Shown one piece after another: positions 1 to 7,658 of a stretch of 64,000 nucleotides of DNA. The notes beneath the pieces are model-generated. The model ran no database searches, was not told the origin of the DNA, and saw nothing but the letters and a program-made list of their open reading frames with translations. This DNA comes from an uncultured Solibacteraceae bacterium. GTDB lineage: Bacteria > Acidobacteriota > Vicinamibacteria > Vicinamibacterales > SCN-69-37. Each line of letters opens with the position of its first letter. The first letter of the stretch is position 1. The stretch spans positions 2,536-66,535 of the forward strand of contig CAZAZR010000003.1 of the NCBI GenBank assembly GCA_964489685.1. The letters run 5' to 3'. Position numbers and translations under genes: made by a program.

Positions 1-368
1 AGCGCGGTCAACCCCATCGAGATCAGGAACTCCGGCAGGTTTGCGAGCAGCGCGCTATAGACCAGGATGTCCTTGGGGAAGATCACGCTGGTCGCCAGGC
101 TCCGCATGCGCCCCAGCGCCCGCATCGCCGCCCCGGCGCTCTTCGAAAAATGGGTGAACTGCACGAGGCCCACCAGCAGGTACACCGGGTACAGCGGGAT
201 CGCCACGCCCACCTGCCGGCTGAAGAACGCCCACAGGACCAGCAGCATCAGCAGCGGATTCAGAAAGCTCCAGAGATAGCCGAGCCCCGTACTCTGGTCG
301 AGCAATCGGTGCTGCGCGGTCGTCAACTGGCCGAGCAACGCGAGGTGTTTCCGCGACCACGGAGTCAT
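1..368 (-). CDS. ABC-2 type polysaccharide/O-antigen export permease (Wzm/TagG/KpsM-like), N-terminal part only; the gene runs off the left edge
   Basis: Absent from the ORF track because there is no stop codon in the window. Hand translation of the minus strand from ATG 368-366 gives MTPWSRKHLALLGQLTTAQHRLLDQSTGLGYLWSFLNPLLMLLVLWAFFSRQVGVAIPLYPVYLLVGLVQFTHF..., a hydrophobic pattern typical of ABC-2 permeases. It overlaps the upstream asnB-like stop by ATGA (365-368). The tracked minus ORF 55..360 is in another frame and reads like a shadow ORF. Confidence 0.6.
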   Translation of the reverse strand, partial: MTPWSRKHLALLGQLTTAQHRLLDQSTGLGYLWSFLNPLLMLLVLWAFFSRQVGVAIPLYPVYLLVGLVQFTHFSKSAGAAMRALGRMRSLATSVIFPKDILVYSALLANLPEFLISMGLTA

Positions 369-2194
369 GCGCCTGTCACCGCGTGATAGTGGCGCGCCTG
401 CCACAAGGCGAGGCTGAGCACGCGCCACAGCAGCCGGGTTGCATCCCCCAGCCTGGCCAGATGCAGGCGATAGACCCGAGCCAGCTGTGCCTGATCAATC
501 GTCAGTCCGAGCAATTCGCGGCGCGAGAGGACGAGATCCTCAAACAGGGGACGAAGCGGTCCGCGCAGCCACGCCGACATCGGCGATTCAAACCCGCGCT
601 TGGTGATGGTCTGAAAGCCGGCGTGCCGGACCAGCGACGCCCGCAGTGGCAGTTTGCCCACACCGCGCCGCAGGTCGACCGCCGATCGCCAGTCAATGCG
701 CGCAGCCACGTCAACCACCTCACGGTCCAGCAGCGGCACGCGGACCTCCAGTGAGTGATGCATGCTCGCCCGATCGACCTTCTGCAACACGCTGCCCATG
801 TGGCCACTGTATTCGTTCCACCGCAGCCACAGCGCGAGCGCGTCAACGCCGTGCCCATCGAAATTGAACAGCGTGCACGCCGGCGGAAATGCCGGCAGGT
901 CCGGGAAGATCGCCGCCAACTGCTCGGGGTCGACAAACCGCTGCCGGCGGAGCTGCTCGGCCCCGGCCGAGGCTCCGGTAGTGAATGACGCCCCTTGCCA
1001 TCCGGCACGCCACCCGCGCATGGTCAACCGGGATGGGGGCGCCAGCGGGTCGATCATGCGGCCCGGGTACCCCCAGAAGATGTCATCGCCGCCGTCACCG
1101 CTGAGGACCACTGAGACCTGTTCGCGCGCGACGCGGCTGATGAGCGCCATCGGGAACAGGGAGTAGTCGTCGTGCGGCTCGCTGCTGGCGGCCACCACAT
1201 CGTCGAGCACGGAGATCACATCGTCGGGCACAATCTGTCGGACGACATGGTTCAGTCCCAGTGCCTCCGCGTACCGCCGTGCGTCCGGCGATTCGTCCAG
1301 GGCGTCGCCGTTGGTGCCGAGGGTGAACGCTGGAAAGTCAGCGCTGGTGGCCTCACGCATCTTCGCCGCAACCAGCGGTGAGTCGATCCCTCCTGACAAG
1401 AAGACGCCCAGCGGTACGTCACTGACCATCTGTCGTCGGACCGCCGAGGCCACGGCGGCGTCAACCGCTTCGAACGCTGCGTCACCAAACAGGTCTGGTT
1501 CCGGCGCGCGCGGGAACGTGAAGTGCCGGCCCTCCTCCAGCCGTCCGGTATGATCAGCCGACATCCAGGCGCCGGCCTCGAGCGCCCGGGTGCCGCTGAC
1601 CAACGCGAACGGCGGCGGCACGTACCCGAGATTCGCATAGAGCGCGAGGCCCTCCGGCGTCACGACGCTGTCGCCGGCCCACGGATGCGCGAGGATCTGG
1701 TCATACTGCGACGCAAACAGGAGTCCGTCCACATGACGCAGCACATAGAGGGGCTTGATCGCCGCGTGGTCGCGGGCCAGCAGCAGCCGCCTCGCCTGGG
1801 TGTCGTAAAAGGCCAGCGCGAACATGCCGTTGAAGGACGCGAGCGCCGCGTCGCCCAGTTCCGCCAGGGCGTACAACACCACTTCGGCATCGCCCGTGGA
1901 GCGGAACCTCACACCTCGATCCTCGAGGGTCTTTCGAATCTCGCGAAAATTGTACAGCTCGCCGTTAAAAACGAGCGCATACCGCCCATCGCGCGTCAGC
2001 ATGGGCTGATGACCGGCCGGCGAGAGGTCGAGGATCGAGAGGCGCCGGAAGCCAAGCAGGCAACACCCGTCGTCGGACCAAAGGCCGGCATCATCGGGCC
2101 CCCGGCGCGACATCAAATCCACGGCGCGGACGATGTCTGCGCGAAAGGCATTGGCGGGCCCGCGGAACGTAATCATGCCGACAATGCCGCACAC
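365..2194 (-). CDS. asnB: Asparagine synthase (glutamine-hydrolysing), glycan-locus amidotransferase type
   Basis: 609 aa. The N-terminus MCGIVG carries the Cys2 Ntn-amidotransferase nucleophile. A PP-loop LSGGIDSPLVA lies in the synthetase domain. The gene is full length and lies between an ABC-2 permease and glycosyltransferases. Confidence 0.9.
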   Translation of the reverse strand: MCGIVGMITFRGPANAFRADIVRAVDLMSRRGPDDAGLWSDDGCCLLGFRRLSILDLSPAGHQPMLTRDGRYALVFNGELYNFREIRKTLEDRGVRFRSTGDAEVVLYALAELGDAALASFNGMFALAFYDTQARRLLLARDHAAIKPLYVLRHVDGLLFASQYDQILAHPWAGDSVVTPEGLALYANLGYVPPPFALVSGTRALEAGAWMSADHTGRLEEGRHFTFPRAPEPDLFGDAAFEAVDAAVASAVRRQMVSDVPLGVFLSGGIDSPLVAAKMREATSADFPAFTLGTNGDALDESPDARRYAEALGLNHVVRQIVPDDVISVLDDVVAASSEPHDDYSLFPMALISRVAREQVSVVLSGDGGDDIFWGYPGRMIDPLAPPSRLTMRGWRAGWQGASFTTGASAGAEQLRRQRFVDPEQLAAIFPDLPAFPPACTLFNFDGHGVDALALWLRWNEYSGHMGSVLQKVDRASMHHSLEVRVPLLDREVVDVAARIDWRSAVDLRRGVGKLPLRASLVRHAGFQTITKRGFESPMSAWLRGPLRPLFEDLVLSRRELLGLTIDQAQLARVYRLHLARLGDATRLLWRVLSLALWQARHYHAVTGA

Positions 2195-2313
2195 GCGCTT
2201 AGATCTCCGGACTCGCGACGTTTCCCCTATGATAGTGCGGCGCCGCGGTGCGGAAGGGGACCTCGCGGCGTGTCATGAGCGAAATTATCGTATCAAAGGA
2301 CCGTGCGGCGAAC

Positions 2314-3234
2314 ATGACAACACCATTGTTCTCGATCGTGATTCCGACCTACGCACGGCCACACATCCTGCGCGAATGTCTGGCTGCGGTCGCGCGCCTC
2401 GACACGCGGGCGGACTTCGAAGTCATTGTGGTGGACGACGGCAGCCCTGAGCCCATCGGCCCTGTGGTGGACGCCTTCCGCGACACCCTGCCCATTCGCC
2501 TGGTCCAGCGCCCACGCGGAGGCCCTGCGGTCGCCCGCAACACCGGCGCAACCGTCGCGCGCGGACGGTACCTGGCGTTCACCGACGATGACTGCAGGCC
2601 TGCGGCTGATTGGCTGACGGTGCTGGCGGCAGAATTCGAGCGGGATGGCCGTCGCCTGCTCGGCGGCCGGGTCGAAAATGCGCTGACACACAATCTCTAT
2701 TCAGAGGCCAGCGAACGGATCGGACAATTCGTGTACGAGTACAGCCGGAACAACGGCGCGCAGGAGCCCTTTTTCACCACGAACAACGTCGCGGTGTGCG
2801 CGGAGCACTTCCGGGCCATCGGTGGATTCACGAGCCTGATCCCGAGCGCGACCGCTGAAGACAAGGAATTCTGCGATCGCTGGCGCGCCAATGGCCTTCC
2901 GCTGGCGCATGTTCCAACGGCGGTGGTGTACCACGCTCATCACCTGACGTTCAGAGGATTCCTGCGGCAGCACTACAACTATGGACGCGGCATTCTGGCC
3001 TTCCGCCTGCTCAGGCGCGGCCGTGGGAACAGCCACGACCTGGTGCCCGAGCCCGTGACGTTTTACCTCGACCTGCTCGCGTCGCCACTTCGCCTTCAGG
3101 CGAAGTCGGGAAAGTGGCGCCTCGTGGGCCTTCTGGCGTGTTCGCAACTGGCGACGGCGACCGGCGCGCTGATTCAGATGCTTCGGTGGCGCGAGTTGCG
3201 GCGGATCCGCGCGGCCGCAACAACTGAGGCCTGA
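2314..3234 (+). CDS. Glycosyltransferase family 2 (GT-A fold)
   Basis: Motifs FSIVIPTYARP, VIVVDDGSPEP and FTDDDCRP (DxD). In-frame ATGs at 2248, 2275 and 2314 leave the start uncertain. I chose 2314 because GT2 proteins usually begin a few residues before the IVIPTY strand. Confidence 0.85.
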   Translation: MTTPLFSIVIPTYARPHILRECLAAVARLDTRADFEVIVVDDGSPEPIGPVVDAFRDTLPIRLVQRPRGGPAVARNTGATVARGRYLAFTDDDCRPAADWLTVLAAEFERDGRRLLGGRVENALTHNLYSEASERIGQFVYEYSRNNGAQEPFFTTNNVAVCAEHFRAIGGFTSLIPSATAEDKEFCDRWRANGLPLAHVPTAVVYHAHHLTFRGFLRQHYNYGRGILAFRLLRRGRGNSHDLVPEPVTFYLDLLASPLRLQAKSGKWRLVGLLACSQLATATGALIQMLRWRELRRIRAAATTEA

Positions 3235-3235
3235 G

Positions 3236-4183
3236 GTGAGCGCCAGTCCGGCCGTTTCTGTCGTCATCCCCACCTTCCATCGTCCCGAACTGGTGCTGCG
3301 CGCCGTGCGCAGCGCTCTCGACCAGACCATGGCGGACCTCGAGGTCATCACGGTGGTGGATGGTCGCGATGCGGCCACGTGTGAGACGCTGGCCACCGTC
3401 GCCGATCGGCGCGTGCGCGTCCACGTCCCTGCCCGACACCTGGGCAATGCCGACGCCCGCAATGCCGGCGTGGCACTGGCGCTCGGGCCGTGGGTGGCGT
3501 TCCTGGACGACGACGACATCTGGATGCCGGACAAACTCGAACGGCAGCTTGCGGCCGCCACGCGGGCCACAGCCGCACAGCCGATTGTGGTGTGCCACAT
3601 GCTCGCGCGCACCGAGCGCGGAGACTTGAAGTGGCCGCGACGCCTGCCACGCCAGGGCGAAGATTGGAGTGAATATTTTTTCTGCCGGCGGACGCCGTTT
3701 ACCGGTGAAGGCATGGTGACGATGTCCACCATCTTCACCACGCGCGCGCTGTTAACCGACGTGCCCTTCTCGAGCGGCCTGGCGCACCTCGTGGATCCGG
3801 ACTGGCTGTTACGGGCCGTTCGCAGGCCCGGGGTGGAGATGATGTTTGTCGCGGGAGCTGCCCCGCTCATCGTCTGGCACATCGAGCACGACCGCTCTCG
3901 CATCACGAACCGGCGGGAGTGGACGGCGGCCTACGACTGGGGCCGCCGCAATCGCGGGTTGTTCTCCTCGCGCGGCTACGCGGCGTTTGTGCTCCATGTC
4001 GTCGGGTCCAACGCCGCGATACAGGGTGACTCTCGGGCGTTCCTCACCCTGATGCGTGAGGCGTACCAGAACGGCCGGCCGGCACTGGTTGACGTGGTCT
4101 CACACGTGGCGAACTTCATGCTGCCGACACCGGTGCAGCGCCGCGTCGCCCTGTGGTACGCACGGGCAACGGCCCGCGGATGA
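3236..4183 (+). CDS. Glycosyltransferase family 2 (GT-A fold)
   Basis: Motifs VSVVIPTFHRP, VITVVDGRD and FLDDDDIW. The GTG start lies 1 nt after the upstream stop. Confidence 0.85.
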   Translation: MSASPAVSVVIPTFHRPELVLRAVRSALDQTMADLEVITVVDGRDAATCETLATVADRRVRVHVPARHLGNADARNAGVALALGPWVAFLDDDDIWMPDKLERQLAAATRATAAQPIVVCHMLARTERGDLKWPRRLPRQGEDWSEYFFCRRTPFTGEGMVTMSTIFTTRALLTDVPFSSGLAHLVDPDWLLRAVRRPGVEMMFVAGAAPLIVWHIEHDRSRITNRREWTAAYDWGRRNRGLFSSRGYAAFVLHVVGSNAAIQGDSRAFLTLMREAYQNGRPALVDVVSHVANFMLPTPVQRRVALWYARATARG

Positions 4184-5352
4184 AGATCCTCCTGGTCAAC
4201 GACTACGGAGTGCTGGTCGGGGGCGCCGAACGCGTCACCGTGGACCTGCGCGACGGGTTGCGCGCGCGCGGCCATGATGCGCGCCTCCTCGCAAGCGACG
4301 CAGGAGCCCCCGGGCTGGCCAGCCGGGCCGACTACACGTGTCGCGGATCGAATGACACCGCGCGGCTTCTCCTCCAGGTCTGGAACCCGTGGGCGGTCCG
4401 GCGGCTTCGGCAGGTCCTGGCGCAGTTTGAGCCCGACGTCGTCCATGTCCGCATGTTCCTCACGCAGTTGTCACCCGGCATCCTGCGGTGGCTCCCGCCG
4501 GATCGATCGCTGCTGCACATCGGGAACCACCAGACCATCTGCCCGCTCAACACGCGCGTACTGCCCGACGGGTCGCGGTGCGGTGTTCGTGCCGGCGTTG
4601 AGTGTTATCGACACGGGTGCGTCTCGGTTCCTGGACTCGGGCGTGCGCTCCTGCAGCTTGGCGGATGGCGGCGTCGCGCCTCGGTGTTCCGGATGGTGGT
4701 CGCCAACAGCCACGCGATCGCGGCCACGCTGCGGGAGAACGACGTGCGGGTAGACCGGGTGGTTCCAAATGGAACCCGCGGGGTGCCGCCTCGCCCGCCG
4801 CTCACCGGACCACCGACCGTCGTCTTCGCCGGTCGCCTGGTGCCGCAGAAGGGTGTCGACCTGCTGGTCCAGGCCATGGCCATCGTCATCACGCAGCAGC
4901 CTGATGCACGCCTGCTGATCATGGGGGATGGCCCTGATCGCGCGCGAATCGAGGCACTGGTGAAGACACTCCAGCTCCGTGACCACGTGCAGTGCTGTGG
5001 GCACATTCCGCACCCGGCGCTCAGCGAGCATCTCGGGGCAGGGTGGGTGCAGGTGCTGCCGTCGAGATCGCCTGAGCCGGGAGCCAATGTGATTCCCGAA
5101 GCCATGATGCGAGGCACTGCCGTGGTTGCCACGCGTTTTGATGGGGCGCCTGAAGGACTCCGCGACCAGGTGACCGGATTCCTGGTGGCACCGTTCGACG
5201 TGCCAGCACTGGCCGGCCGGCTGCTCACGCTGCTGCGCGACCGGGCACTGGCGGAACAGATGGGACAGGCTGGCCGCAAGGTGGCACTCGCCGAACTGAC
5301 GACCGACCTGATGATCGAACGGTTTGAGGCGGCTTACGCGACGTGGAGTTGA
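4180..5352 (+). CDS. Glycosyltransferase family 4 (GT-B fold)
   Basis: N-terminus MKILLVNDYGVLVGGAERV and C-terminal EPGANVIPEAMMRGTAVVAT (E-x7-E-like region). ATGA overlap with the upstream stop at 4180-4183. The tracked start at 4153 was trimmed. Confidence 0.85.
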   Translation: MKILLVNDYGVLVGGAERVTVDLRDGLRARGHDARLLASDAGAPGLASRADYTCRGSNDTARLLLQVWNPWAVRRLRQVLAQFEPDVVHVRMFLTQLSPGILRWLPPDRSLLHIGNHQTICPLNTRVLPDGSRCGVRAGVECYRHGCVSVPGLGRALLQLGGWRRRASVFRMVVANSHAIAATLRENDVRVDRVVPNGTRGVPPRPPLTGPPTVVFAGRLVPQKGVDLLVQAMAIVITQQPDARLLIMGDGPDRARIEALVKTLQLRDHVQCCGHIPHPALSEHLGAGWVQVLPSRSPEPGANVIPEAMMRGTAVVATRFDGAPEGLRDQVTGFLVAPFDVPALAGRLLTLLRDRALAEQMGQAGRKVALAELTTDLMIERFEAAYATWS

Positions 5353-5422
5353 CTGCGCCGGGTGGCGTTGCGCCATCCGGGCCGATTGACCCGAGTGGCG
5401 GCAACCACCGAAGATAGCCGAC

Positions 5423-6040
5423 ATGCCCGGACACGAGGAATGGCTGGAGGTGGCGCGCACGGCGACGGCCGACGACCTGCGCGAACATATTTTGACGGGG
5501 TTCAAGAGCGGCAAGCCGTTCACGCCGTATGCGCCGACCATTGTGCTGCCCTCACCGGTGGACTGGGTGCTGGACTTCGGCTGCGGGGTCGGTCGCAATT
5601 TCCCGTGCGTGCGGACGCTTGGCAGGCACGTGGCCGGGTTCGACCTTCCGCCCATGATCGCGCGGTGCCGCGTGTTGGCATCGCCGGTGGACCTGCTGTC
5701 AGACGACTGGCACGCCCTCAAGAGCCGTCGCGTTGACCTCATCTTCGCGTCGCTGGTCCTGCAACACATCGAAGTGGACGTCGTGCTCGGCTACCTGGCT
5801 GATTTCGCGCGTATGGCGCCGACGACCTACCTGCTGACGCGCGACAGCAGTGACTTCGGTGTGCGCGTGCTCGATCTCGTCGCCCAGAGCGACGCCTTCG
5901 ACGCCAGCGACTGCTCGGTCGTCGATCACGATCCTGTTACGCACCAGCTGCGGGTGTTGGGACGAGTGCCGTTCGAGCAGGCCCGTCAGTCCACCGAACC
6001 GGCCCACTACGAGGTCTTGTTGCGGAGCAGAACCCCATGA
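5423..6040 (+). CDS. Class I SAM-dependent methyltransferase
   Basis: 205 aa. Glycine-rich SAM motif VLDFGCGVGRN and downstream DLIFASLVLQH. Confidence 0.75.
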   Translation: MPGHEEWLEVARTATADDLREHILTGFKSGKPFTPYAPTIVLPSPVDWVLDFGCGVGRNFPCVRTLGRHVAGFDLPPMIARCRVLASPVDLLSDDWHALKSRRVDLIFASLVLQHIEVDVVLGYLADFARMAPTTYLLTRDSSDFGVRVLDLVAQSDAFDASDCSVVDHDPVTHQLRVLGRVPFEQARQSTEPAHYEVLLRSRTP

Positions 6041-6043
6041 TGA

Positions 6044-7153
6044 GTGCACTTGATCGCCACACCGCCCTTCGGAGATGCGCCGGACTATACTCCGCTCACT
6101 GTGCTGCCTGAACTGCCCGCCCGCTGGATCGCCACCCTCCTGCCCAACGGGATTCCGGACGAACCACACGCGACGTGCGATCGCTGCGCCATGTGCTCAG
6201 ACGACGCGCCCGCGGGCTCGGCGTCATTTTTTCATCCCGACGCCAAATGCTGCACCTACGAACCGGCGCTGCCGAACTTCATCGTCGGCCGGATCCTGCG
6301 CGACACGGACCCCGCGATGCAGTTCGGGCGACGCACCGTTGAGGCGCGCATGGCCGCCCGGCTCTCGGCGACGCCCTGGGGCCTGGAGCCGACACGGCGT
6401 CACCGCGTGCTCTACGGCAACAGCCCGGAGCTCTTTGGGCGAGCGCCGGACCTCCGATGCCCCCACTATCAGGGAGACGGCGCCGAAGGGACGTGCGGCA
6501 TCTGGCGGCATCGAAACGCGGTATGCGCCACATGGCACTGCAAACACGTGCGAGGCGATGTGGGTCTGCAATTCTGGAGATCGCTGTCGGGCCTGCTGTC
6601 GGAAGCCGAGTGGGCACTCGGCGCGTGGTGTGTGACCGAACTGGGCGGGCCGACGGCTGAACTATGTCGCGTCATGGACCGAACGACGACGCGTCTGGCG
6701 CCGGCCGACCTGGGCGGCCCTCCGAACCAGGCGGAGTACGAGGCGTACTGGGGCTCGTGGACGGGGCGCGAATCCGAGTACTTCACGCGCGCGGCGGCCC
6801 TCGTGGATCCGCTGGACTGGGCGGCCGTCGAGCGGATCGGCGGCGTACGGATTCGCGCACACGCGACACTGGTGCGCGACGCGTATCAGGCGCTGGTGTC
6901 CACCGAACTCCCGCAGCGCACGACGCTCGGTACCCTGCGAGTGTTGTCGGCCGCTGACGGCAAATGCACGGTGCAGACGTATAGCGGCTACGACCCGCTG
7001 CGCATGCCAGCCACCCTGATCTCGCTGCTGCCGCAATTCGACGGCAGTGACACGCACGAGACGGTCACGAGGATTGCGAGCGCGTCTGGTGTCCAACTGG
7101 GCGACGGGATCATTCGCAAACTGCTGGATTTTGGACTCCTCCGCAAGGCCTGA
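6044..7153 (+). CDS. Cys-rich putative metal-cluster protein (YkgJ/CxxCxxCC-like N-terminal half, PqqD/winged-helix-like C-terminal tail); function unknown
   Basis: 369 aa. GTG start 3 nt after the methyltransferase stop. Nine Cys fall between nt 6176 and 6541: CDRCAMC, KCCTYEP, CPHYQGDGAEGTCGIWRHRNAVCATWHC. The C-terminus is LLPQFDGSDTHETVTRIASASGVQLGDGIIRKLLDFGLLRKA. The domain assignments come from motif resemblance only. Confidence 0.6.
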   Translation: MHLIATPPFGDAPDYTPLTVLPELPARWIATLLPNGIPDEPHATCDRCAMCSDDAPAGSASFFHPDAKCCTYEPALPNFIVGRILRDTDPAMQFGRRTVEARMAARLSATPWGLEPTRRHRVLYGNSPELFGRAPDLRCPHYQGDGAEGTCGIWRHRNAVCATWHCKHVRGDVGLQFWRSLSGLLSEAEWALGAWCVTELGGPTAELCRVMDRTTTRLAPADLGGPPNQAEYEAYWGSWTGRESEYFTRAAALVDPLDWAAVERIGGVRIRAHATLVRDAYQALVSTELPQRTTLGTLRVLSAADGKCTVQTYSGYDPLRMPATLISLLPQFDGSDTHETVTRIASASGVQLGDGIIRKLLDFGLLRKA

Positions 7154-7175
7154 GGGCATCCGAACCACCCGTGAC

Positions 7176-7622
7176 TCAGTTCACGTACAACGTGCGAATC
7201 TGAAACAGGATGTACAACCCGATCAGGCCGCCGATAATGGCTCCCACGATGGACCCGGCTATCAGCGAAGCCACGATCCCGACCATTTGCGAGTAGAACA
7301 GCAGCGTCCACGCCGATTTCTTCCGTCCGAACAGCCCCGGCAGCGCCAGGCCCAGCAGCACGATCTGCGCCAGAAACAACACCGCGAGGAACCCGAACCC
7401 CGTGCCGTAGCCGACGCCGCCAAACGGCATCAGCGCCGTCCCGATGCCAAGCATAACGAGCAGGCCGGGCAACGAAAGGATCAGCAGTACGAGCGCGATC
7501 CAGGGGCCGAACTTCACCAGGAACTCCCGAATCTCTCCGGGTATCTGGAACGGGGCCTTCTGGACGAGATAGAAGTCAAGGAACCCTACGAGGTCGCGCG
7601 GTGCCTGATCGGACGTGGTCAT
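7176..7622 (-). CDS. Small polytopic membrane protein, function unknown
   Basis: 148 aa after trimming to ATG 7622, which follows AGGAGG (7633-7628, minus strand) with a 5 nt spacer. It has several Gly/Leu/Ile-rich hydrophobic spans (WIALVLLILSLPGLLVMLGIG, FGFLAVLFLAQIVLLGLALPGLF, IVASLIAGSIVGAIIGGLIGLYILF). Confidence 0.65.
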   Translation of the reverse strand: MTTSDQAPRDLVGFLDFYLVQKAPFQIPGEIREFLVKFGPWIALVLLILSLPGLLVMLGIGTALMPFGGVGYGTGFGFLAVLFLAQIVLLGLALPGLFGRKKSAWTLLFYSQMVGIVASLIAGSIVGAIIGGLIGLYILFQIRTLYVN

Positions 7623-7627
7623 GAGAG

Positions 7628-7633
7628 CCTCCT
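7628..7633 (-). promoter_or_regulatory. Shine-Dalgarno AGGAGG for the 7176..7622 gene
   Basis: Plus-strand cctcct at 7628-7633 is AGGAGG on the minus strand, 5 nt upstream of ATG 7622. Confidence 0.5.
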
Positions 7634-7658
7634 GCTGAAACAGTCGCGGCATTGTAGT

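Noticed and set aside
55-360. Tracked 101-aa minus ORF at the left edge
   Set aside because: A different minus frame over the same DNA gives a convincing ABC-2 permease N-terminus starting at 368 and coupled to asnB. The tracked ORF is a shadow frame.
2195-2313. Divergent intergenic region between asnB and the GT2 gene, containing a TATGAT -10-like hexamer at 2228-2233
   Set aside because: There is no convincing -35 element at 16-19 nt spacing, and the promoter consensus of this lineage is unknown. Support is too weak to call a promoter.
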